64,000 nucleotides of DNA from Phoronis australis (taxonomy: Eukaryota > Animalia > Phoronida). Shown piece by piece: positions 1 to 12,757 of the stretch. The stretch is taken from NCBI GenBank assembly GCA_002633005.1, contig NMRA01000077.1, positions 62,001 to 126,000 on the forward strand, in the 5' to 3' direction. The translations under genes were made by a program, and so were the position numbers. Numbering within the stretch: position 1 is the first letter of the stretch; the number at the start of each line of letters is the position of its first letter. Under the pieces are notes generated by a model. The model was not told the DNA's origin. It was given only the letters and a program-made list of their open reading frames with translations, and made no database searches.

Positions 1-425
1 ACCGAACACCTTGAGACTTTCACCTCTCATGACTTAATCTGCTATTTCTTGTCCTTGACAATCGAGTTGAACTTAGGAACTCGAGGTCTCGAAAACGGCC
101 CGGTGAATTCCGTTGAAACTTTCCAACCTTAATATTTATTCATCAATCTCAGCAATGCTATTAGGATTTTCGTTATAAAGGCCTAATTTTTGCGTAATGT
201 AACAAAGACGAATACGACCACTGCTTTTTACAAAAATATCTTACGCTTCGCTAGTTAATTTGTCATAGAAACGAATAGAGTACCGGTAACCGAAAATTCC
301 TATCAGCGTTTATGAGGTAACTGCAGGTGAAGTTTTCATTTAAAAATGGTTTCATTAAAACTTGGCTGAGGGAGTATTTGGCTTTGAGTGCACCGTTCTT
401 AAAATGAAATTTTGACTTAAAAGTT
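1..425 (+). repeat. Dispersed repeat, copy A (related to 8700-8962)
   Basis: Shares colinear blocks with the second copy: ttgaacttaggaacNcgagNtctcgaaaacggc, aagttttcatttaaaaaNggtttcattaaaa, ttcttaaaat..aaattttga. Confidence 0.75.
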
Positions 426-3400
426 TGAGATAACCGGCTTAACTACCTCAGAACTTTGTGATCTGATCCCTGCAGTACTGCGCAGAAGGGGGGGGGGGGN
501 TGATTTGTAATTAAACAGAATGAAGTTTTCATTTTGTGTTTCGCCTTTTTCACATTTCTTAGTACCAGGTTCCTAGCATTTGAGTTTAGAGAGGGGTTGG
601 GGTAGACCATAAAAAATCGCCCCAAGCATCATCAGACATCACCAAACTTCTGCACGCTACTGGATCTCTGTCACCTGGAGGCGAGACCAGCTACACCAGC
701 TAGACGAGTAGTCTAGCATCCAGCGTCTATATTAACACTAAAAAGTGTCGAAAATCTCGAAAACAAGTCCATTTACCCCCAAAAAAGAAACGATTTGATT
801 TGCGTGCGTATTTCAAAAGTTCGCCTATTTTTTCCCAAACAAATATTTATTCATTTGGTGCCCAACGATTTCAGATGCGCGTTGTTAGATGTTGGTGTCA
901 CATTTTTGTGATACAAAAATATAATCTCAATTGTAAATTGTACCACATCAGCTACCATTGGAATCTTTTGTCTCAGTGGTGAAAAAAAATCAAATTCATT
1001 AACTGCAAAGTGTTTTCAATGTGACCGTAGTAAGTAAGCCTGGCTTCCTGACCTACAAGGCTTATTGTTGTTAAAGATAATGATGTGCAAGCCTGGCTAA
1101 TGAAAACAAAGTGTTCTTGTCGGCGAGCGAAACATGTGAGCACAGTGGTTAGGATTGTGATCACAACCCGCGTCTGTCATCGATCTAGATAACGACTGAA
1201 GTTACTCCAGCTGGGGTTATGAAGGACCTCAAAGAAATGTCCATATTTGGCTAACTTGGGAATATCGATCATTTCGGAAACGGTAGATTGGATTCGGATT
1301 CATATGGAATTTTCAGATGCTAGGCTTATGCGCTGTTCTCCAGAACGCTGTTAGGAATTTTTTAAACGATCCACAATTGCAAGAGGGGCTATCAAAAATA
1401 GGACTTTTACTAATGTTCGTGAAAGAACTTTTAATTTGCATAAAACGAAGACGAAACGATATTTTAGCTTGCCAACTGTGACATCGTTTTTGAGATCAGT
1501 CTCCATTGAACACCCCGGCCTGTACAGTACGAATATCAAATTAAATTTTAACATATTTTTAAAACCGTTGTTTTGTTGTCAGTGTGATACCTTCCTTTTG
1601 TGATAAATATTAATAAAAATACATGGTCAGGTGACCCAATTAATAACAGATTGTTGTCCTGTTCATCTGATGTGAATACACCTGTTAACCTCTTCAGGGG
1701 TGAGTGATGCTGATTTGACTGATGCTTTGAAAAGGTTGAATACGACACTAGGCAGCCTAGTCGGCTTACCAAGCACCGACAAGCAACATGTCGGACTGGA
1801 AATTGACGACATTTCGTGAGTCTACTCAAACATATAGTGAGACAACGACAACTATTCAAAAAAACTGTTCGAGATTTCAGCATATTACTGCATTTTGAGT
1901 ATCGCATTCTTTCGCACTTTCTAAAACTCGTGTTACATGCATGGGCGAGTGAATCGGTGCGAGTGTTGCCCTGGAAATACCTTTGAAAATATTGATTTAA
2001 TTGGGTAAATTTACGAGCAAGCGAAGCTGCAAAAATGAATCCCAGTTATGACAAGCAGAAAACGTCTCTTCTGCTTTCGATGACCCAGGTATCATCAATT
2101 TAACAATAAATGTCATTATGAGGTAACAGTGCGGATACAAATCTCATCAGGCATCACTTAGGCCTATATAGCCTAATACACGCAGGGTTGGCTTAATCAG
2201 CTGAATAGAAAGTTGGGTGTCGACCAGCCCAAGTGTTGGAAGGGTACCTGGCTTTACTGCTAAATTTCAACTTCTCTCTTGTTTTTGTAAACGTTTAGAG
2301 AAAAGCCACTGCAACTGAGCCAGTAGCAGATCGGTCAACAAGTAGCATTCGTTCAATCAGTACAGATTTTGAAATCAAGTACTGCCTCCATACGTAGCAC
2401 AAACTTCAAAAGGCCCAGCCAACACAACAGGCGTCAGTTCTCATAAAATTGGGGAGTTAAATTCAAATATTACTAATGGCTTAAAAATTTATTGAGTGCC
2501 ACATAATGTTAACGTATGATAAGATGGCGGCCTCCGAGTTGTTGGAAGAAAACTCAAGGGTTTCTTTTGATTATATATACTATTCCCAACATTACCAAGA
2601 CATCGCAACTATTAAAAGCGACAAAATATGCCCTTACTTTATCATATTAAATATCAATGTTTCAATTGCTTACTAAATAATTTAAGTTGATTTAATTTAT
2701 AGGTGGCATATTGGATTCTTAAGATGTGCAAAGTCATGGTCTAGACAGAGCGATAGATAATCACGAAGTAAAATTTTCTTTGAGTTTGCATCAGCTCGCA
2801 TATCTGTTTTTTTCTATTCCGTTCGTGAAATGAAAACAGCCGTTATGACTCACACCCCAAGGCTCTGAACGTTGCTTGGCAGCGGATGACCTCGGTCGAC
2901 CTTTTGTTAGCTTTGTTCGATTGAAATCGAATATGCCGGACATGAACTACATGCGTACAGATGGTAATGATTGAAAACAACATAGCCGATTTACATACAT
3001 TATTAAGGAGACATTAAGTTTGAGTCACCTAAAAAGAATATCGATATGACAGGTCCCTAGTGGAAACTTGAAATTGTTCGCTCAGTGAATCATTTTTCTA
3101 GCTTTAGCTGATTCATGCCGTGATGGTTTTTCGCAACTAATTGCCGTTTGCGAGATGTGGTGTTTGTTGATTCTTGTGTGGTACAGTTGGTCATCCTCTC
3201 TCTCCTCAGTAGACTCTGTCACTTCCATTTTAGGTTAAGCTGTGGAGGTGGAAGCGACATTCCGAAAAACTAGCAAATTTTAATGATTTCTGTGTTGTTT
3301 TCATCTCTCACACTGAACATCGAGCATCTCCTGATCCAAGTCACAAATAGTTTCTAATAAGAGAGCACTAGAAATAATGAGTATAATTCAACTTCAAATT

Positions 3401-3791
3401 GTGTTCAAAACGTTAAGAAAGTCATGACGTTGCTCCAACGCACAAAAATGACATGGTTTCCTCTGGCATTTGTAAAATTTCGGTTCGCCTTTACATGTAC
3501 ATTTTGCCGTTTGCCAGCCGGGAAAAACATAACCAAGAGTTGGAAAATGATAATGACTTCATACAATCGGCTAACGCTGGCGTACGATGTCATGTGACCT
3601 GAGGTTTTTTTTGGGGGAGGGGTCGACACAGTTTTCCAAAAAGCCGTTAAAGCAGTCATTAGTACGCGACATTGACTAACTGATAAAACATTTGAAATGT
3701 GCTTTTTTATTTCTAACAGATAACTTAATTTAAAAAGTATCGATTTCGCGTGGATATTTTTTGTTATTTTGGCGTTTCTCGTCTATTTCAG

Positions 3792-3922
3792 GCTCCAGCT
3801 TTGCTCTAAAATGTTACGTATGCTCGTCTGCCAAGGGCATTGGATTTAAGACTGGATGTGGCGACCCCTTTGATAAGGCGACAGTCAACATGACGGAATG
3901 CCGCTCCGGGGAAACTTGTCAA
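3792..3922 (+). CDS. Ly6/uPAR three-finger protein (quiver/sleepless-like), internal coding exon
   Basis: Seen: acceptor tttcAG (3790-3791), donor GTaaat at 3923, translation (G)SSFALKCYVCSSAKGIGFKTGCGDPFDKATVNMTECRSGETCQ. Established: LxCYxC start and a phase-1 intron after the signal peptide are typical of Ly6 genes. The upstream signal-peptide exon was not found. Confidence 0.88.
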
Positions 3923-3971
3923 GTAAATACACATAAGATACACTTGATACAGCTAAGTATCTAGTAGTAGT

Positions 3972-4043
3972 CATTGGCAGCACACCATGATAGGGGGCTG
4001 GGGGCTATAGCCCCCTCTTTTTTTCTGTGCTGCGCCGCCCATG
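3972..4043. mobile_element. Short hAT-like MITE remnant in the Ly6 intron (same family as 61575-61715)
   Basis: Termini cattggcagc/gccgcccatg, core ggggctgggggctatagcccc, imperfect 8-bp flanks gtagtagt/gtagttct. The hAT assignment is inferred. Confidence 0.55.
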
Positions 4044-5079
4044 GTAGTTCTGAGTGGGTTTATTTCGAGCATGCGTGAATACTTTAGATGGAGGTCTAGG
4101 CAATTTCAATCAATTCGAACTAGGGATAAGTGCGTGGCAATGATGTTTTGAAGAGCAAACAGACTTGTAAAGATGGTTGACGATTTAAACACTTGTATAT
4201 GGTTTGTAACAGTTTTAATGTAACTCTCAACAAATGTATATAACTTGGTCAAAAAGCACTGATCTCTGATTTTTGAAAATCGTGTAGGTGCTCATTTTTC
4301 AAAAGAAGGAAACCCACTAGAAAAATGATGCGGGATTTGTTTTTTCATACAGCTCTTAGTAAATCGTGGCATTCCATACCTTCAGTTGCTACCTTTGCTT
4401 AATATGTGCCTAATTGTGTAGCTTTTCAGACCTTGGTTTAAATTGATATAAGCTGCCGTAAGAATTAGTTCCAACAAAATAGTGGTCAGTGACGTTAATA
4501 TTCAACAGACGTGCAATCACTGCATTTAGATCAACTACAAAGACAGAAAATGTCTTCTAATGACATGCTAAAATTCCACTGATCGCACTGAAAGTGGGAA
4601 ATTCGATTTGTTCACATATTTCGTAGTGGTTGGGTATCAACTAGGCTGCAAAAGCACCAAGTAGGCCTAGAGTTGATGTTAGCGATCTCAAATATACTCT
4701 GAATACAATCTGAGAATTAATTTCATGTTGAACTTACTGTTCGACCTCGTTAGAATGCCATTTCTAGTAGGCGTAGAAATTGAGGACAGAGGGGCGTGGG
4801 GGGAGGCTACTCAAAAGCGGGTTGGGGGCAATGTTCCCAATTAAATAGGGACATCCCTTTGTTTCACCCCGTCCCCTCACAAATGGCAGACTTTCCTACA
4901 TCTATGATTTTCCTTATGAATCGTCCACAGCTTTCGTAATTTCCTTATTATGTATGTGTTCAATGTCGTTGCTAACTGATCACATTTGCAACATCTGCGT
5001 GTAGCAGTCTTTGAACGTTAGGGACTAAATGTGGTTCTCTTTTCCTTTACTCGTGACACGCAGAACCGGTGCCCTTTAA

Positions 5080-5573
5080 GGTTATGTAAGACCATGTTGG
5101 CAAGTCCACATTTAGTCCAATATCTACAAAACCATAGAATTTAACTCAGCAAAGTATATATTTTCTGAAAGAGAAACACGTAAAATGTGATTGTTTACTT
5201 TATAGGGTTACGTGACCATGCTTTTCAGTAAACATTAGCACAAAACAAAGGTATATTCATAACAAAACAACAGTGTCAAGTACATGACCAACTTTCGTGT
5301 GATAAAAATGTTCAAGATACAATATCAAAAACTCTCATCGTTTCATTTTCGTTTTACACAATCGCTTTAAATTTTTTTCACAAAAATCGTTAAGTCCTAT
5401 TTTTGATAGTCTCTTATACAAAAATGGAACACCATTAAAACAATCCTAATCAGAGTTTTGAGAACAACGCATAAACAGTATCTGAAAGTTTCATGTGAGT
5501 CTGTTCTACCACTTCTGAGATATGATGTTCTGAAGTTGGCCAAAATTGCCCATTTTTAGGGTACTACACAACC
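5080..5573. mobile_element. TTAA-flanked non-autonomous DNA transposon (Kolobok-like) in the Ly6 intron
   Basis: TTAA at 5076-5079 and 5574-5577; imperfect 14-bp TIR ggttatgtaagacc/ggtactacacaacc (11/14). A TTAA target with purine termini fits Kolobok (established); the family call is inference. Confidence 0.55.
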
Positions 5574-5598
5574 TTAAGGCCATGCTTGTTATTTACAG

Positions 5599-5811
5599 AA
5601 AACAAAGAACGAAGCGCTCAGCATTGTGGCCGTCACTCGGTCTTGTGTTTCAACGTGCCAGGAGTCATCGACCGATGTTTTGGGTATAAAAGAAGAAACA
5701 AAATGCTGCAACACGGAAGGTTGTAATGGCGCCGATTCCGGGCACGTGAGGGCAGTTTCCGCCATCTTGAGTGCCATGTTTGCTTGGCTGTTTGCGACTG
5801 TTATGCTGTAA
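5599..5811 (+). CDS. Ly6/uPAR three-finger protein, last coding exon with GPI-anchor signal
   Basis: Seen: acceptor ttacAG (5597-5598), phase-0 join to the previous exon, KTKNEALSIVAVTRSCVSTCQESSTDVLGIKEETKCCNTEGCNGADSG...AILSAMFAWLFATVML*. The joined domain has 10 Cys and the CCxxxxCN signature, followed by a hydrophobic C-terminal tail. Confidence 0.9.
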   Translation, partial: KTKNEALSIVAVTRSCVSTCQESSTDVLGIKEETKCCNTEGCNGADSGHVRAVSAILSAMFAWLFATVML

Positions 5812-6725
5812 CACACCAAAGCATATCACATCCACGTAACTGTAATAATTAGTCGTTCCCTTGGTGTAATTTTTGAACAGGTACATCAACTTTCACATCG
5901 TATTTATAGACACGAAGGCCCGGGGTCTAGTCTTGTACTCGAAATCGAACTCCAAATTATTTTTACATTTTCCATCTGATTCTACTCCATTATGAACACA
6001 AAATATGTGTCTACAATTCTGTGCTCTAGCGTTATGGTTTATGTCGATGTCTGTCGAATTTTAGTCTGTACTCCACCGATGATCCCAGGATGAAAGTTTT
6101 ATAAGTTCGCGTCTGAACTCAATACCTCTACTAGTATTCTAGTTTGTAGCTCGAATCTAGGAGTGATTGAATGCAAACTTGGACTTAGGCCTATACATGT
6201 AAACTCGTCTGAGTAAACCGCAATGTACTCGAGCACAGAATAATTGATGTTTGTGTTGATTTCATGTTAAAACAGGGCGGAAAATGTCGAATTCGAGTTC
6301 GATTTTAGAAATTAAAACGGCCCAGGGCTGTATTGCTTCAGTGAAACGTATTGGCCAGATAAATTTGATTGTTGTGACGTTAACTCTATTGTTCAAAATT
6401 GCCAACGCGACTGTGATGATGCAATGTCAGAAGTGCTTACGACCCGGTCAAGGGCCAGTTTTCATGTGCTATTTTCTAAGTTGTGTTGCTTCATTCAGCT
6501 TACAGGCATGTTCGCATAAATTACGGTACATACATGAAACATGTATATCCCCTCTGGATTAGTTATCGTTGATGATCGGTGCTGCATACGTACGCATGTA
6601 GGTCTATCTGATACATGACTATGTGCAGACTAGTGAATGTTCAAATGAATCCATGTAGTAATTAATGCACAAGATGAAATTTTTAGATATTTAGATTGTG
6701 ATGATTTTATGAACCGATTTTGTTG

Positions 6726-6731
6726 AATAAA
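6726..6731 (+). promoter_or_regulatory. Candidate polyadenylation signal of the Ly6 gene
   Basis: AATAAA about 915 nt after the stop codon; assignment is inference only. Confidence 0.3.
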
Positions 6732-7320
6732 TGGGGTGACCTAATAACTTTTTTCATACTTGTCTGCAATTTAGTATAATATTAATATAAACATTTCCAG
6801 GCAATGAAGTAAGCTGCACACTAATCTACATGCACACACTGCCGAAAACCGCCACACAAACACACGCAAAGCATTCCCATCTGGCGCAGGTGATGAAAAT
6901 GTTCAGTGCAACTTAGGTATAAAACGGGTACAATCTGTCTACTCGAAGCATATTGGCAAAGAAATGTTTTAAAAACGAACTCACAAGAAATTACCTATTG
7001 AGTTAAAAGGTTCCAACCTTCTTACTCGTCATTAAATGTATCGAGGTTTGACATTCTCGACTCGAGTAACTTCTGACGTAGGAGAGATGTGGGGAAAAAC
7101 GACAAGTGCCTATTTAAGTCAAATATGCTAAAACTACCACCCGCATATTTCATCTGGCTAAACGAACAGCACTGTTCACGCATAGTCCTGGAGCCAAATG
7201 CTGAGTTTTTACTTAACCTGGATTTGCAGGATAAATTTTTTATTTGCAGTTTTATGTAGCCTAGGCATAGGTAATAATGGTTTAGGGGAGTGGCCGATCG
7301 CTACCCTTGAGCATTTTTAA

Positions 7321-8270
7321 ATATGCAAATTAAGGCCGCCATTATGCAAAATCGTCGTTTGGATTATAATTCCCCTACTAAGAACTGCAAGCAGATGATT
7401 TTGACGTTTTCACCCTCGTTTCCATGGTCAGCGAATTTAGTAATGCAAGTTTTTTTTGATGATACTTAGTGAATTAAAAAAAAACAGTGCAGGTGGCCTG
7501 ATGTCATTTGCGGTGCATCAGACGTGCGCAGGCCTCATGTTCATTGCACAAAACACCTGAGCAAAAGAACGAGAACCCAATTATGGCTCTTCGTGAAGAA
7601 AGTTTTCAAGTCTTAGGAAAACGGACAGACGTTTCCATTTGTTGCCATGCACTATATATTGTAGGCCTGTAACAGTGCCATCCAGTAGGTTGCTCCTTAG
7701 CCTATAAAAAGCTGGGCAAGACTCTACCAGATGTTTAGGAGATTATACGTCAGTACCACACTCGGGACACACTGGGCTCCCCATATGCCCAGTAATGTGT
7801 TTGTGTCGGGCTAGGTCACAGTTGCCCGTCAAAATTTGAATGACGTGTCTTATACCCAATCTATCTAGACTCAGAAGGTTTTTGAACCCTTTGGTTTAGT
7901 GAATTTACATATTTTATGCAAATTATGACCGTCATTATTCAAAATTTTACTTGTTCTAATAGCCATGGTTCTAGTCATCACAGGTGAATTATCATGGCAT
8001 TTGCACCTATGTTCCCATGGTCAATTAATTTAATGAAATCAGTTTGCAAGTTGGCACATGATAAATTTGCGCAATTAATACAAATTAAGGCCACCATTAT
8101 TGAATCTTGTATTTTTGCTTATAACGCCCTTACCAAGCACTACAAACAGGTTACTTAAATTAATGTTTTCGCCTATGCTTCCATGGTCAGTAAATTTAAT
8201 GGAGCTCGTTAGTTAGTGGATACATCGTGAATTTGCATAATATTTGAAAATTAAGGCCGCTTTTATTCAG
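7321..8270 (+). repeat. Degenerate repeat with about 165-bp subunits
   Basis: aaattaaggccgccattat...ccatggtca..aattta recurs at about 7321, 7913 and 8077, and partially at 8247. Confidence 0.6.
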
Positions 8271-8699
8271 TAGTGGAGGCATAGCAGGGAATTGCCCTCA
8301 AAGAAGAGACTCTTAAGCTCTGTGCACAAGTTGCCATTTGTCCTACAAGATCGAAACAGGTCTTGGAGAGATAGAGAGCATTAGATCTTGTTCTGAAACC
8401 TTAGACACAGAAGAAAGTACATGTAAAGCACTTCTTGATGCACATGCGCAGGGTATTGCACAAATTTGTCATAAGAAGATATCAACATCGATCTATGGAT
8501 CCCAATGTGCATCCAAAACACGCAGTAGTGAGCATTAGGAGTGACAGTTGATCTGATGGAGACGGTACGTTTTAATGATAATTAAGTTAATTACGCACTG
8601 CAAATTCAGTTGACATTGCGAGTGAATGTTGAAATAGGTAAGATGGTTATGGCACGTATAGGTTATATGTACCGAAAACAAGTTTTCACCGAATAATTG

Positions 8700-8962
8700 A
8701 CCGAAGCCTTCGAGATTTTCACTCGTCCCAGTTTAATCGGCTTTTTCTCAGCTTCGGCAAATCGACTTTATTTGAACTTAGGAACACGAGTTCTCGAAAA
8801 CGGCTTGGTGTATTTTGCTGAAACTTTCTATCGAAAATTCCTAACAGGGCTTTTGAAATAACTGATCAAGTTTTCATTTAAAAAGGTTTCATTAAAATCG
8901 ACCGAGAGGTTAATTTGCTATGAATATACCTTTCTTAAAATTGAAATTTTGATTTAAAAAGG
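8700..8962 (+). repeat. Dispersed repeat, copy B (related to 1-425)
   Basis: Same colinear blocks as 1-425, with an internal deletion. Confidence 0.75.
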
Positions 8963-9064
8963 TGTTTAAGTAATAATAATAACGGGACATCCAGACAGGC
9001 TCGGTGTTTATTCAAATTCTTCAGTGATTGGTGAGGTAATCACAAGTGTTTTCCATTTAGAGCT

Positions 9065-11653
9065 AATGGGGCAAGTTCGGCCCTTTAACATGGGGCTAGT
9101 CTGGCCAGGGGCCGAACTTACCCCATTCACTTTACTTAATATATCATAAATAAATGTTTTTTCAGGAAATTTAATTTGTAGTATTCATCATGAAATTGCA
9201 CAAACAAATCTTAGATATGTTTCTTTGGTAGCGCATTGTCATTTTGTAGGTTTATGAATAGAAAACATGATTTTTAAACGTAAATTCTGTGAAAACGTTT
9301 TACTTTATGTCTGGTGCGAAGCCAGAATGGTTTAAAAGCAAGCTGTCTGGCTCGTGATCTACATTTACGGGGTATATGCCTCTATCGTCTGATTTTGAAG
9401 AAATAAAATGACAACTTTAAATTATCATTTGTTTGGTTTTTTCAGAATTTATCCCTAAGCATGGTGCGACATTACCAGAGAAAAACTAAATCAAGAGAAT
9501 CGGGTAAACTAGGGGCAGCTCTGGCACATTACAATGCTACTGCCGATGGGTATAAAATAACGGCGAGTTTGTTCGGAGTGCCTAGAACGACACTACAAAA
9601 TTACGTAAAGCGATTTAGCAATCTGCCTGAAGATTGTCGCTTAATTTCAAAAATGATATTTGGATGTAAAAAGTGAGGCAGGTTTTCACAGATGACCAGG
9701 AAGCAACACTTGTGAACTACCCGAAATAGGCATCGAATGTGTATATTGGTCTCAGCCCGACAGAAGTACGTTCATTTGCATATGAATGCGCAAAGAGCTT
9801 TGGTGTTAAAATGCCAGATCCTGGGAGTGAAAAAGAAATGACGGAAGTCGACAGGTTCTCGGCTTTTTTGAAGCGTCATCCTAGTTTGTCGGTGAGATCT
9901 CCAGAGGCCACTAGTATTGCTAGGTCCTCTGCATTTAACAAAGAAAAATTTTCGAAAATTTTCAATAAACTGGAACTGCTATGGACAGATATCATTTTGA
10001 AGCGAAAGAAATATGGAATGTGGGTGAAACAGGGATTGTAACCGTAGTGAAACCGACAAAAGTTGTAGCGGGCACTGGTATGAAGCAGGTGGGGTCACTG
10101 ACGTCAGCTGAGAGGGGACAGTTGGTGACTCTGTATGCTGCAGTTTCAGCTTGTGGTCAGACCATCCCACCCTTTTTGATTTATCCTCGAATGCATTATA
10201 AGGAGTACTTTATAAATGGAGCACCTGCTGGCTCAAAAGGAACCGCTCATCCATCAGTCTGTATGACAGTTGACAATTTCACCGTGTTTCTTGAGCATTT
10301 CGTTGAAAATGTCAAACCATCAAAAGATGCTCCTGTACTAATTGTTCTGAATAACGGTGCACGACTCACATCTCAACGCCTTGGACTTCGCAAATTGCCA
10401 TGCTATCTTTCCCACCCCAGTACTGCTTACATGACTTCAACCACTCAACATTTCTATTTTTGGGCCAGTGAAAAAACGAATACCTGTGTCTCAAACTAAT
10501 TACTTGAAAAATAACCCAAGAAAACCAATAACCATATATGACATGGCGTCAATAATATGCTAACCATGGAAGGACACTTTAAACATTTCCAATATTTCCA
10601 GCGGGTTTCAGAAGTCGGGGATCTATCCGTACAATCCCAACATCTTTAAGAGACGAAGGCTTTCTACCATCAGTAGTCACAGATAGACCGTTTCCTGATC
10701 CTGTCAGCCTCCCAACTACTACGCCTGTTGTTGGTGAATTTAATCGGTACTTGAATGACCACCGTATCTCTATTATTCCAGCACGTGGAAACGGCCATTG
10801 CCTGCTCTACGCTCTGAGTTCATCACTGCAAGCTCATTCCTGGCGAAGGCACCCACAGTAATGAAGAATTAGCGAAACGTCTTGCTGATGAGATGAAAAA
10901 CCACCAAGGCTACTACCAGCAATTTGCTTGTGATGACTTGGATACAGCGGAAGCAGTAGAAAGATATGTAAACGACAGACAATATGAGAACAACAAATGG
11001 GACATCTTTCTCAATGCTCTGTGCAACGCATTGCACATGAAAGCTGTTGTTCTCACTGAGGTATAGCGGCAAGGTGAATAAAGTTGAACTACCACCAGGT
11101 CGTTCTGGTGTCAGCACAAAGCTTACCGCTTATCTCACTTTGCGAGGTTCAGTCGTTAGTGCCCATTACGATGTCGCAGTTTGCAAGACCCAAGAATCAT
11201 CTACCCAACGTAAACTATCCCTGGAATCAGCTTCAAGTGTTCAACAGCCCGTGATTACCGATATTCTAGGAAATGAGTCCTTTTCGCCACAGGCGGTGAG
11301 ACCACACCCAACAGCTCCACCGCGCAAAACCACAGGTGGAAACAGAAAACGGCAGAAAAAGAGGCCCTGAGAGAAGAGCAGACTAAGTGAAAGAAGGAGA
11401 AACCTGCGAGAAAGCTTGTTGTTGACACACAACCAAAAGAAAAAAGAAGAAAAAATCGCCATCCGCATCTTCAAGCAGCGAGTCTGAACAGGAACATTTC
11501 TGCCTCATTTGTTTAGAGCCATATTCTAACAGCAGGAGTAGAGAAAAGTGGATCAACTGCGTTGAGTGCAAAGGGTGGGCCCATGAGGAATGCGCTGACG
11601 ATGGGATGCCGTCCTCCTTTGTGTGCCACAATTGCAACCCGGATGAGGATTAA
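9065..11653 (+). mobile_element. pogo/Tigger-like DNA transposon, degenerate; right end not found (N at 11759)
   Basis: Left terminal region has an inverted pair aatggggcaagttcggccc (9065-9083) / gggccgaacttaccccatt (9109-9127), followed by the transposase pseudogene. Confidence 0.85.
9461..11653 (+). pseudogene. pogo-family transposase pseudogene: psq-like HTH, CENP-B HTH, DDE_1, OTU-like domain, PHD finger
   Basis: Seen across frameshifts and stops: FGVPRTTLQ; GLSPTEVRSFAYE...FLKRHPSLSVRSPEATSIARSSAFNKE; IWNVGETG; TSAERGQLVT..AVSACGQTIPPFLIYPR; LQPLNISIFGPVK; SGFQKSGIYPYNP; FLPSVVTDRP; GNGHCLLYA...HYD; SPQAVRPHP.APPRK; CLICLEPY...WINCVECKGWAHEEC...FVCHNC* (11501-11653). Confidence 0.9.
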
Positions 11654-12540
11654 GGCAAATAGTTTACGTTTAAACTATCAAGTTGTTAAAATCCTGCTCT
11701 CAAACTGCCCATGTGGTTCCAGTATCCGAAAATATTTACTACATAAATTCTTATTTTCNTACCGAAAAAATTCTCGAACGTTTTTAGCAGATGAGGCCAG
11801 CAAGTGCTAAGTCGTAAATATTAAAACACGCTCTGTTGACTTATTTTTTTTGGATACAATGCACACCTAGATCATTACATTACTCTGGCAAATGAACTCT
11901 GACAAGCACACGCACGCCGCTACTCTCACACACACGCATACAAACTTCAAAACGAACGTCACGTGACAACAACATGTGTTCCCACAGAGATTTTTCTCGG
12001 GTTGCGTGCTACAATGTAGCGTAGATTTGGACTTAATCTGCAGTTAATCCAGACTTCACAAGAACTTAAAAATCTTAGAGACGCTATTTGGAAAACTTGA
12101 GGACGATTTCAGGTAATTTCTTGAGTCAAAGCTGTATTCTTATTTAAGAATTCAAGCCCTATCGACGATTGCGAGACCAGCAGCTACGCATTTGCCGGCA
12201 AGATTTCGCCCTGGAACTTCAACAAAATTTTATGAAAAATGATCGTAATTTAACAACGGATTTTGATAGCAATGTACCACAATTTTGTAGAAAGTAAATA
12301 ATAATAATCTGCACGCTTTATCTTAGCGCGTAATGCATATAGCGTGCATACGTTAAGTGAGTCGACCCAGAACAGGTGATTGTGCAGAGGCATTATCCTC
12401 AAAATTGCTCATGTTGGCTTGGTTCTGGTCAAGCGAAAACAAGTTTTTTTTTCATTACCAACCGCCGTGGAGTATTTGTTACTGTTTCTTTGAAGGGAGA
12501 TATTGTTGGGCAGTTTCTAAGATACGTTTTCTTGCCGCCC

Positions 12541-12757
12541 TCAAAATGAGCGCTGCACACTTTATGCTACGAAGTCGGAAAGAATTCACTAAGTCGGCCT
12601 TTGATACCAGCTCTACCGATGTCTCTGACCCATGTTTAACGCAGTTCTTGATCCTTGGGAAACAGGTAGTAACTAAATTTNTCAAAATGAGCGCTGCACA
12701 CTTTATGCTACGAAGTCGGAAAGAATTCACGAAGTCGGCCTTTGCTACCAGCTCTAC
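12541..12757 (+). repeat. 76-bp direct duplication next to an N
   Basis: 12541-12616 and 12682-12757 differ at 2 positions; the second copy starts right after the N at 12681. Confidence 0.85.
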
